From Eutreptiella sp. 'Long Island Sound 2002' (taxonomy: Eukaryota; Protista; Euglenida), in NCBI GenBank assembly GCA_964036045.1, contig OZ038378.1:14694001-14758000 (forward strand): 64,000 nt of DNA, read 5' to 3'. Under the pieces are notes generated by a model. The model had not been told where the DNA came from, made no database searches, and worked only from the letters and a program-made list of their open reading frames with translations. Every line of letters begins with the position of its first letter. Position 1 is the first letter of the stretch. Both the position numbers and the translations under genes were made by a program. Shown here one piece after another: positions 50,401 to 61,400 of this stretch.

Positions 50401-53400
50401 CGGACAGAATACCACCCCCCACACACACACGGCAAAAACGCCCACATATCAGCTGCAGGGACACAGCAGGGGATTGTAAGCACATCCTTTCTTGTACCAT
50501 GAAAAGCTGCATATGGAAGTCGCATAGTTTCCCCCATTTTCATTTCCTTCAAACTTGTAGGTAGAATAGCATCCCCTAGGCCTAGGCAACCCTCACTGTG
50601 CAGTGGCAGTCGAAGTGTTGCGTGATGCCTTTCTTTTCTTTGCAACCCCCTTCCCCTTGCCCCCCACCCCATGGCAACCAGAGCCTGCCGTCATGACAGC
50701 CTGCCCAAGGCAAAGGCACGTGCGGTGCAGGGTAGAAGCACCACTGAAAAATTCATAGGAAATGAAGGACCCAACGTTGGGACTGAAGAGAGCAACGCCT
50801 CCCAGAAAAGAAACACGATGGCGGGGACAAAGGCTTGAACATGCCCTGCCCCTTGCCCATGCTGCATGTCCCACGCACTGCACCTGAGACACGACACCTC
50901 AGACACAGCATCTCATGCACAGCATACACAGCATACCAGGACGTTTTTTAATTAAAACAAACACGGCCCGTCCAGTAGCCAGCACATTATGTGGGCACGC
51001 AATTGGACGGCAACCAACAGCGGTTGGAGGGTCACCGACGGCGGTTGAAAGTCGACGCGTTTTTACAAAAGAAGAGAAAAATCTTGCACACTAGCAAAAC
51101 GCCCTGGAACATCCCAGACACCGCATACCTGATGGCATGGTAGCGCTCCCGGCAGCCCGAAATCCGCGCAGCAGGGTGACTCCCGAATGGTGGGGGTTCC
51201 TCGTCGCAGCAGGGATAGATGGACCCTTGCTGGGAACCCCGGCGAGGCACAAGATTGATGGGGTGGTACACACAGTGGCTCAAGTGTGCCACAGGAAAAT
51301 ACTGCTGGCAAATGCAGCAGTAGCACTCCGTGACCAAGGCCCAGTTGCGCCAGTAGATGTCCTTCCAGGACAGGCCAATCTTACGCAGCTCCGCCAGATA
51401 CGAGTTGATGTCCCAGTCGGGGTCAACGACGTGCTCTGTGACGACATTGCCATTGAAATCGATGGACATCGGGGCCTTGGGGCAGACCTTGGAGCTGTTC
51501 AAGGCGGGGGCGAAGAGGCGGGAGCAGAGGGAACACCGCTGCAGCGTGGGGCCGCGCTCGTCACCCTCGAGTAGCGCGTGCAGCTTGAAGAGGAACAACA
51601 TCGTTGTAATCTTGTCCTTCTTGTCTTTGATCCTGCAGGACGTGCAGCCGTGGCAACATCGTGTGGAAGTTTTGCTGCACCAGCTGACCAGCGCTCAGCT
51701 GGTTCAATTTGAAGCCCCCAACCCTTTTTGTACTTGCTGCACGTGCTCAGTACCTGCTCGGGGCCTCGGCATCAGACGGGTGCTGAACTTGCTCAGCAGG
51801 TTCTATACCCTGTCCTCCGAAGTTTTAGACGTGGTTCCCCGGCGGCTGCAATGCTCCGGGGAGTCATCCAAAGGGGGCCTTTGTCGTACATCAGCCCCGG
51901 ACTCCGACCTGAGACCTCTTTGGAGAGGTAGTGGTAGAACACCTGGACGATCTCCAGGCACCAGCGAACCATTTCTCGTCGTTCCAGCTCGTGGGGTCCA
52001 CGAGAACAAGCCAGGGCATACGACAGCTGGCGCCATCACTTCTGGTTATACTCATGTGTTTTGTTTTATCTTGGGGATGCTTGGTTGGGCAGCATGCGCC
52101 ACGATCGCTGAACCACCTAAACCCTCTGCTCTTTGCGAAGGGCTGAGGGTTTGAAAGGGTCTCAGGGACCCTTGAATCAATTCAAGCATGGAAACACCCG
52201 TCGGAGGGGGGCACAGAAGGCAGATAGTTGTGGGGTTCATAAGGGCAGAGGTGAGGCCTGTATGCGTCTGGCACAGATACCACTGCAGATGACGTCAGAC
52301 GGACAGTGTGGACGAAGCCTCCTGCAGGCTGCACCCTGTGTACCCATCCACCTGGCACTGACTGAAATCGATGCTTTCGGGGGCAATTGACTGTCATACA
52401 GTGGCGGTGGTACGTCTTTGTACGCATATGACCAGTGCTGCTCTTCAGCAACGCTGTTTTTGGGGTGCGGCCTCTGCGGTGGAGCCCCACGGGGGCTGCA
52501 ATGCCCCAGCGCAACTGCATGTGCCAGAGGTACCACTCTTCTTGCCCTACCTACCCCCCTTGCCCTATACGCCATTTGCCCTACCTACGCCCCTCGCCGT
52601 TCTCATGCATCCGGCCAAACGGCAGAGTCGGCAGATTCCCATCGTGTCCCCATTGGGGGTCTCTGGACGTTCACATTGGGTCAAAACTTCAAAATTATTG
52701 CCTCGAAAATAGCGATTCTCGGCTGACTTTTGGCGATTTCGGGCGCAATTTTCTGTGGATGCGCCGACCACTACTGCAGTAACCGCACGCGGTTTGAATA
52801 CAGTACAGAGTCTCCTATATAGGTGCCCAATCAAATCCTTACGCGGCACCCCTTCCCCTGCATACTTGTCCAGCTGCTCTGCAGTCAGCAGCTGCGACAG
52901 CCGCTGCAAGAGCGCGGGGCTGATACAGTCGAAGTCGATGGGCATTTTGATGATGTCCTGCAGCCGCGAGGCCACGAACTGAAGGCTCGTGTTCACGAGC
53001 TCGTCCATCTGCAGGAAGTCGGAGGAGATCAGGATGGAGATGGCCACGGCTGTGTCAAGGGAAGGTGTAGGCCGGCCATCCCCCACATGTACGTACGCCA
53101 TGAGCCACTGGAAGATGTACACGTCGCAGTGCACGCTGATATCCAAGTCGTCGCAGGAGCAGTCCTCTGAAATATGCGACTTGAAGTACTTCATCTGGGA
53201 CAAGAGGATCTCCCGCCGGCACACAAAGTCCTGACTGAGGTGGTTGGCCTGTGACAGAGGGGTTAATAGTGGGGGGGACGGATTGGGATGAAGTGGTTGG
53301 GGCTAGCTAGGGTGGGGGTGGGTGTCAATGTGAAGGGGAGTGGGGTGGGGTGGGGGTAAGGGGGTTAGATTGAGGTGGTTAACTAGTGCGAGTGGGAATG

Positions 53401-56400
53401 ATCATCTTGGGGGCCGGTGCTGGGACGGTGTCGGGGTGCCAGCGGGTGTGGGACTGAGGGTAAGAACGGGTGTGCGTGCCGAGGTGAGGGTTAGGTATGG
53501 GTGCTAGTGTGGGCAGGGTTGGCTGTAATGTGGGCACATTCGAATTGGGGTGAGGGGTGTGTGGGTGTCCTTGAGAGGAAGGGGGGGGGGGAGGAGTGCG
53601 ACTGGCAGTGGCAGTGAAGGTCAGGGAGCAGGAGTGGTGGGGTATGGACAGGGGGGCGGTCCATAAAGGCTGATTGGTCACTGTGTCGCAGAACTGGTGC
53701 CCAGTGCCATGTCTTTTTACGTGACCTGCTTATTGATTGGGGTCAGTTGTGTCTCTCAAGAGTGCAGAAGGTAAAGCACAGCTGTGTGGGTGAAAGTGAC
53801 ATGTTGTCTATTGCTCACAATTTTTGCAGCATACTCCCGCGGGCGTTCACTCCTGCACCCCGCGCAGGGTGCAGGGAGGTGCGGGAGGGGGGGGCACAAA
53901 GATTGGCGCAGGATGATGTTGGGGCCGCCGAAGTGGTTGGCGGTGGAATGGTCAAGGGTGCTGGACTATGGCAAGGGGCAGGGGGAAGCTGGTGGAGGCA
54001 GTGCAGGAATTGGGGTAGGGATGTCGTTGATTAGTGAGAGTTGGGGTGGGGGCATGGTTGGGCTGTAGGAAAGGGGACTCGAGCCTGGCGTACTGGGGTG
54101 CTACATGACACGCGCCTGTGCTTATCCTGGGCTACAGAGCTCAACAGTATTGACAAGGCACCTATTGACAATTTTCAAGTGCTCAACCAACAAGCCCGCA
54201 CTCCCCCCACTCAAAACAAGATGAAAGGGTTGCTGTATCAAAGACAAAGTACCCAATGTCGATATTTGCCAACGGTGTCTTGAGAAGCCAATGCTGAGAC
54301 GGCCACAATTCGGGTAAAAGCAGAATGCTACCATAGCTCTGGTGTGTTGCTAGGAGGAGATTTGGCGCCTGGAGCTTGCACATTTGTAGTTTCACACAAA
54401 CGCAGAAACACGCACGCACACACACACTGTGTCAGGAGACCAAGCGAACCTCACCACACAACTCAGCAGCAGCAAAACTGGATGACGACCTTACATCTAA
54501 ACAGGACCAAATGGAAGACGGGCAGGACTGTGGCAATCATTCTAGTGGACCCAAAGCCCTACTTTGCTCTAGGGAATGCTTCCTGCGTGCCGCGGGCGCG
54601 CCGCAGGCGCCGCAGGGAAAGGGGAATTAGCTTTAGTGTACACTGTCCAAGAAAATGACGCCATGGACCATACGGCTTGTACTTGACTTTGCCCTTGTTG
54701 ATGAACAGCTGGATGTGAACCACAACATGGACCATCCAATGGAGTCGTAGGATGCGCTCCTCCCAGTTCATCCCAAACTTGGTGCACGGCTCGCGGCATA
54801 CAGCCCAAGTGTACAATTGGGCAAACGGATGCTCTCCTCGGCCTCGAATGAAAGAGTGCCCATCACGTATCAATATCATACGGAATCAAATGCACCATTT
54901 GTGAAAGATAGAGGCCCAAAAAGGGGAATGCAGCAATCAAATAGGACAAGAAAGTGGGGGGGGGTAAACGGTATGCAACAAATGTGTGTATGTATGTGGC
55001 ACTATTCCGCTCGTATTCTGGTATGATTACCCAAATTGCGCACCGCAGGGCGCGCTGCAAACGCTGCAAGGAAAGTGTTCCCCTAATCATTGGAGACGAC
55101 GCAAAAAACCCCAAACAAGGCCAAGTCAAGCAACAAATAGTCACCAAATGTGCAATGTCTCCTCAGACTTGACAAGAAAATTGTGAATTTCGTAATTGTG
55201 TAACAGCGCAAAAGGGTTTGTGATATGAGCCCATGACACCAAAGCAGCACACCAGAGTGCCAGATGAGACCACAGAAAAATGAAACCCACGTGAGCATGG
55301 GGCTACTACATCGCACAATCAACAACCAACAATTTTCTCTGCCAAAGTCCCATGCATAGTTCCGTCGGGACGGGGGGGGGTTTCACGCACAAGGCGCATG
55401 GGGGGGGGGGGGGCTTTGGCATGACGCCATGGTGTGATGATCTCGTCTGCAGCTGGCGGCGCCTACTGGCCGATCGCCATTCGCTGCCCTTCCCTTGGAC
55501 CCTTTCCCTCCATAGGCGGTGGTGCCCCTCAGCTTCTCACCACCCTTTGACCTTCCTCTTCCTCCTTGCCCTAACCTTCCCTCTCCCCTCCCCTTTCCCT
55601 TCCCTTGGCCTTTCCCTCTGTAGGCCACCGTGCCCATCGGCCTCACCACACTCCTTCCCTTCCCTTTCCCTTGGTCGGTTGTGCCAACGGAGCCCCCGGA
55701 CTTGCCCTGTTTCACTTCTCTGCGTCGAGTCCACGCAGAGGAAGGCAAATGCCTTCGCCGTTGGCCAGGTGCGTCCAAGCGGCCATCCCAAGCCGGCGGT
55801 GACGTACCTCTCCCCAACGGCGGCTGGTGGGCCCTGGGATGGCCACTTGCGGGGTCGTTTCCCCGACGGGGGCACATAACAACCTTTCTCCTCCAAGTTC
55901 CCGCGCTCAGTCCATCCTTTGGCGAGCGCAACACAAACCCCCTACCCTCTCCTTCATGCCTTTGCTGCGCGGACGGGGGTTGTGGGGGATGCGTGGGTGC
56001 ACGGGGGAGTAGGATGTAGCGGGTGACGTGGGGTGGGCCTCTTACCGTCGCTGGCCGCCCACTTCGTTGCGCGACTCCCCGGACCACCTCAACATAGGAG
56101 CGAGTTGTTGTTGGATTGACGGTGGTGTCCCGTGTTGGATGGAGGTGCGTAGGGCCCCTTGCTGGCCCCCTTCTCCCGGCTTGGTCCGGGCGCTTGACGA
56201 CGTGGTGCGTCCCTTTTCTGGTTGAGTTGCTACGCGAGGGAAGGAGTCTCTCCCCTGCTCGCTTCTCAGTGCCAGCACGCTGGGACTTACTGCCGTGGTC
56301 ACTCCCTTGAGAGCGCGGCCCCCGGTGGGCTTGCGTTGCCACATCGGGCATCTCGCTGAGGCCCCATTGGACCCCCCGAGAAGAACTCGGTGCACGTGTA

Positions 56401-58265
56401 GACTTCATTGTTTTGTTTTGGTCGGTGTTGGTCACCACCCTGGCTGAAAAAGTGCGGGGGTTGCCTTCCCCCTGCCTGTTGTTTGGCCTTGCCCCCTACT
56501 CCGCCGGGGGGGGGGGGGGGCATGAGGCACACGTTGGGGGGGGGTACAGGGGGGGGTTTGCGCACACGAGGCGCACAAGGGGGTGGGGTGGAGCGCACGA
56601 GCTGCACCGGGGGGAGGGGGGTTGACCTAGGGCAATGACCTCTGGCAATGTCTTGGAAAAACACCACTGCTTATCCTCTTGATCAACCTCATCTTACTAG
56701 GATTGGAAGCCGAACGAAATTGAGGGTCCGTTGTGCATTGGCTCTATCGGATTTTGCGGCATTGTGTCTGCATTCTCATTGTTGGATCGATGACGTGGGT
56801 GGGGACGTATTATCGAGATCCTTTGGTTGGCTTTATGGGTTGTCTTAGTGGTCTCTATTGGGCAGGGTTCATGGGAACTAGTGCTTGAGCCTTTCCTCAC
56901 CCGATCAATCCCTTCATTTCTCAACAACGACCACATTACCGTGGGCATTGTGGGTATTCTTCTTGCTCATCATGACAGCAACACCGGGACATAAAAAGGT
57001 AGGGATTTGGTTCTGCTTTCAGATAGTTGATTGCCAATCGATCTGATAGTATCTTTGGATATCCAGTTGACGTGTGATTTTTCAGACTCATTCGGGGCGT
57101 AGAATGGGGACTCCTCTGCTAAAAACTGTGGAAAAGGTAATCAGAAATTTGTTGTTGGAAAGCCGCTCAAGGTAAAAAAAAAAGAGCACACATGACTGGC
57201 GCCACAGAGACACCCACAGAGATCATGTATGGCTGCACTTTGTTTACACATTGAGCACTGAACACAACCAGAAACCCGTCAGCTCCTTTTGGTCTGTAGA
57301 GATGAGGGTAGCAGACAGGGGTGGATGGATGTTTTTCGTGGCCACTGCAGAATGACCAACGGGGGGGGGGGGGTACCAGACAAGCATGTTGCGTGTGGTC
57401 CAAACAGCAACAGCACACCATGACTGCCGTTGCAAATTCCAAGCGAGGATAGAGGGCACACACATCTTGTTGCCCTCTACAGACTGACGTGCTGAACCAG
57501 CACGGGAGGTCTGAGCATGCACTGTGCATGCAGTATGCAAACAGCGCAACGTTTGGGATTGCAGATTACCGTCCTCCTTCCCCCTTTTGCGTTCAAGCAC
57601 GGCCCTCATCGTGGGGGGACAGGCAGCAAAAGCGGAAGGAATGTCGGGGAATAGGAAACAGGGCAGGACTTTGGGGTAACAAAGGAGCCCAGCCCTTATG
57701 CACCGGAAAGGAAAACCACCTCATCAAACACATGGATGATCACCTCCTTCTTGCTGTTGAAATCGCACAGCAGGTCCTCGCTCTTGCCCAGCAGCGGCTT
57801 CTTCCCGTACTTCTTGTAGTGCCACACGTCCAGCCGCCCCCCGAGCTTGGGAGGCATGCTGTGCACACGGCCCAATTCCCGCTCCCGTGCAGGCTCGTCC
57901 TCCTTCTTGGCGCCGGCTTGGCTTTGGGCTTGCGTCCCCGAGGATGGGAGGGGTGAGGCGGTTGGTGGGGGGCTCAGTGGCGGTGCGCCCAGCGCCGCTG
58001 CCTCAAGGGGGGGATCGAGGGCGGGGGCGAAGGGCCGTCCGTGCAACGGCGACCGCAGCTCACTGGAGGGTGCGGGACCTCGTGGGGCAGGGGACCGCAC
58101 GGCTTCCGTGGCAGAGGCAAACCCCTGTCTGGGGCTCGTGGGGGCGTGGTTGAGGGGCCGCAGGGTGGAGGCAGCCTTGAGGGGGGAGGTGGTGGGCTTC
58201 TTGGTGAGGGATGACGACTCGCTGGGACTCAGAACACTGCCAACGCTCGTGCCAGACACCCGCAT
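47488..58265 (-). CDS. SANBR: SANT and BTB domain protein, SANBR/KIAA1841 (DUF3342) homolog, 5 exons, 716 aa
   Basis: Exons 58265-57720, 53248-52866, 51632-51129, 48886-48562 and 47880-47488, all GT-AG and phase-consistent (2151 nt). The spliced product has family motifs VIIHVFDE|ANHLSQDFVCRREILLSQMKYF, DISVHCDVYIFQWL, AISILISSDFLQMDELV, IKDKKDK, W.DIYWRNW, HCVYHP, GSIYPCC and QREDDQRR. These match human KIAA1841 as recalled, which is about 720 aa. Confidence 0.92.
48021..48561. repeat. Pentanucleotide microsatellite (CACAA/CACCG/CACCA/CACAG)n filling SANBR intron 4
   Basis: About 540 bp of the 681-bp intron 48561-47881. It begins at the donor GT. Confidence 0.97.
50941..51060. repeat. Short interspersed repeat with CGGCGGTTG(G) units in SANBR intron 3; related motif at ~38965-39000
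   Basis: CAGCGGTTGGAGGGTCACCGACGGCGGTTG here, and CGGCGGTTGACCTCCAGCGGCGGTTGG at 38968. Confidence 0.45.
55356..56670 (-). mobile_element. ~1.3-kb non-autonomous interspersed element in SANBR intron 1
   Basis: GC-rich block in AT-richer intron with G-runs, split direct repeats (GGGGGTTT..CGCAC..GGCGCA at ~55375 and ~56553) and an internal ~55-bp duplication (55489 and 55600). Carries a 351-aa low-complexity ORF with no recognisable domain. No TIR or TSD found. Confidence 0.6.
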
Positions 58266-58277
58266 GAGGGGTTGTGT

Positions 58278-58279
58278 CT
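58278..58279 (-). promoter_or_regulatory. Probable trans-splice (or cis) acceptor for SANBR
   Basis: GGCCCCGCAG|ACACAACCCCTC-ATG places the AG 12 nt before the start codon. An in-frame TAA ~45 nt upstream closes the frame. Trans-splicing is inferred. Confidence 0.5.
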
Positions 58280-58420
58280 GCGGGGCCTGGCGCTTGGATG
58301 CGGGTTATGCATACATCCAGACAAGAACAAGCTGCGGTGCAGTGCAGGGGGGGCACAGCGAGGCTGTGAGATTGCTTCTGGCGCCGCAGGTGCCGCGGGA
58401 TGAATCTGAAAGGGGCTGCT

Positions 58421-61400
58421 TCAGGTGGGCAGTGGTGGTAGCAGTGTACCTTGGCGTGTTCCGCACGAAAATCCTTCACTTGACCTCCCTCCTCCCTGAC
58501 GCAGTCGGGACTCACCGTGGTGTATCCTGTGCCCCCCCTGGGTTTCTTGGGGTTGGGCACACTGACTATCACCGACCGCTGTACAACTTGGACCGTTGGC
58601 TCCTCTGCCCAGGGGACGTCCCCTCCTCTCGGGAGGTTGGGGAACCGGATTCGGTGGCTGAAGGTCTTCGCAGTTAGTCGTGGTGTGTTCTGTTGCTTTG
58701 TGTTGTGGTTGTGGTTGTGGTTGTGGGTGTGGGTGTGTGTGTGGTTGTGGTTGTGGTTGTGGTTGTGGTTGTGCTTGTGGTTGTCAGAGGTCAGAGGTCA
58801 GAGGTCCAAAGCGTTGCTAAGGGCACTACCCCCCCCCTATACCCTTCACACCACTTCGCATTTTCAGAGGTCTCGCCTAGCGCATCTTGCAACGCTGTGG
58901 CTGATGCCTCGTGCATGACGCATCTTGTGGCGTCATGGTATGGGTGCCTCCCATGGCCATGCCATGGGTTTGAGCCCCTTGTGGTCGTCGGCTCCTTGTT
59001 GTCTCAAGGGGTGGGCAGTTCGCTGGGGTCGTACGTTGTGGTTGTGGTTGTGGTTCTGTCTGTGCTGTGCCGTGCTGTGTCGCGTCGTGTCGTGTGCTGT
59101 GTTGTGTTGTGCTGTGTTGTGCTGTGTTGTGTTGTGTTGTGCTGTGCTGTGCTGTGCCGTGTTGTGGTGTACTACGTCGCGATATGCTATGCGCTGTGTC
59201 AGGCTGGGCTGTTGTGCGTGGTGCTGTGCAGTGCTGTGGTGTGGTGTGGTGGGCTGTGTGCTGTACGTTGCACTCCATTTTACTGTGCTGCTGTGCTGCG
59301 CTGTGCTACGTTGTGCTGTATTGGCGCGGCTGCTCGTGCCAAGCTCTGCTATGTTCGGCTGTGCTGTGACATGCGGTGCGGTGCGGTGCGGTGCGGTGCA
59401 TTCGTTGTCTCCCTGTTGCACGAAAGGGGGGTGTCTGAGGGTTGGCAAGGGGTATACCTAAACTGCGGACCAATTCACACAGCTCCGAGACGACTTGTTT
59501 CAGAGTTGGTCTTCGATGCGGCGTGGGGATTATACATCTGTTGAGACGCAGATGGCAAGGAGCTGAAGAGCAGTTGTCAAGGACGCTCCCAAGGTGGGTG
59601 TGAGCTGTGGAAGCTGTTTAAGCTTGGTGCCACCGCGGCCCGACCTGGGAGCAAAGCCGGAGGCTAATTAAGGTGAGCTAAGCGAAGGTGTAGGTGGCAG
59701 TAAGTCTTCCTGTCGTTCGTCCCTCCTTCCCACTCCTTTTTGAATTCGTGTGCCTTTGCAACGTCTGTTGACACGTCCTGTTGACGGGTGTTGCGACCTC
59801 CCCAAGAAATGGACCCCACCCCAGTGTCACGCCAATTTGTATTGGTTCGCCGCACTCCAGTGATGAAGACTGCTTGCGCTCCGCGGTGGCCGTCTCTTTC
59901 CCACACCCACAAACAGGGCCCCCAACGGATGTCAGCAGCGCCCCAAATGAATGTCTCCGGTCTACCGCACTAGCCTGGAGCCTTGCCTGGTTTCTTCTGT
60001 CAGAATGGCTTATTTTCTGCACGGGGCCTCCGCGCTCTCGCGAGGCCCCGCCGTCCTGACAGAAACCGTGACCAAGTGCAACCGAAAAGTCGCTGCCGGG
60101 TCATGCGCGATACAGATTATTCGCGGAAGATTATTTGGAGATCCCTCATGGCCAAAGCTCGGAGCTCACCCCTCAACCCTCGTCCACCCTGCCACGACAG
60201 AACACGTGCCTCTTCAACAGGTGTGCAAACGGTTTCCAGGATATGCGCTGGACTTCTGGCAAGCCATGGCTCACACGCTCTCCAGTGGCGAGTTCACAGA
60301 TTGTGGCCGCCAGGGAATACGTGTCTGCGGCGGCGGAGAATCCCTCGCCGCAGAGTACTTCGGGGGCGACGAACGGCGAGGGCGTGACGCCTGACTTCAC
60401 ACCGAAGATTCCGGCCTGTAGTAGAGTAAAGAGCGGTAACAAGACACAGAAGGAATGCGGCACAGCACAGCAGGAATCTTTTTAGTGTGATCAATGTCAA
60501 TGGAATTGTTGCCCCCAGAATGAGCACCTCCACCACCATGGCCGTTGTGCCTGTGGGTCCCTTCCTGCTCGCCTTCGTGCCTGCGGATTGCGTCAGCCAC
60601 GGAGAGCCAGGCAGAGGCGCACCTCGGACGACCAGCCACCACGGGGTCGCCTGGACCATTGATCCATGCAGGTCTGTGTTAATGCTTGTGCTTGTGCTTT
60701 TCTGCATCTTGTGCTGGTCCCTATATTTCTGCAAGTGCACATATGTTGCCCGTGCTCGTGCCTTTAATGCCTCGGCCGGGTACCTCTATCCAGGATCCCC
60801 ACATGCATCACAGCGGAGAAGGAGGACGAGCCCAAAGCCGACAGCACTTGGACCCTATCCTGTGGGGCCCCTTGAGATCTTCGCTACACCACACACGGAT
60901 AGTAACCCAGCCGAACCGACCGCGTGGTGTCTGATGGTCCCAACGCATCTCAAACGGAAGGCCGTGGCTTCATGGTAGAGGGATGGGTAGGGGTTGTGCC
61001 ATACGCGCGCACACGCATCCACTCATAGACGCACTCGTGCGCGTAAGCACGGCTATCTACCACGAGATCTCCGTGTGCAACGTTGTTTTCTTGCAACTCT
61101 CCACCAGGAAACGATGGTCAATGGATCACACGCACACCGCCTTGTCTTCTTGTGTGCACAATGGAAAAGCAAGCGAGCATAGGCTCAACACTATCGGCAG
61201 AACACCGTCTCACCTTTACTCTTAACATTGTATTGCATAATGGCGGTTTCGCACCCCGCACCCCGGGTGAACCCAAAGAAACGCTTTTTCAATCCCATTT
61301 GCACTGCAACGTGTTGCTTGACTACCGATATCGTTCTAGCACGCAAACCTTGCAATTACAATTGTCAGTCACAAACAAATTTTGAGGGCAAACATCGCCG

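Noticed and set aside
54954-55172. RARCKRCKES resembling a PARP-type zinc finger
   Set aside because: Only a CxxC, remaining ligands absent, intronic location.
55383-56438. 351-aa ORF, the longest in the window
   Set aside because: Low-complexity Arg/Gly/Pro product with no domain, inside a GC-rich repeat element within an intron. Not called as a host gene.
56670-56990. Hydrophobic LILLINLILLGLEAE... frame resembling ion-channel S1-S2
   Set aside because: Short, stop-interrupted, with no S4 or pore motifs. Too weak to call.
58693-59544. ORFs of 100-283 aa rich in V, C and L
   Set aside because: Microsatellite translations within a kinase intron.
59858-60060. Box C-like GTGATGA with a downstream CTGA and a small hairpin (60023-60049) suggesting a C/D snoRNA
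   Set aside because: Boxes about 200 nt apart, no terminal stem and no recognisable rRNA complementarity.
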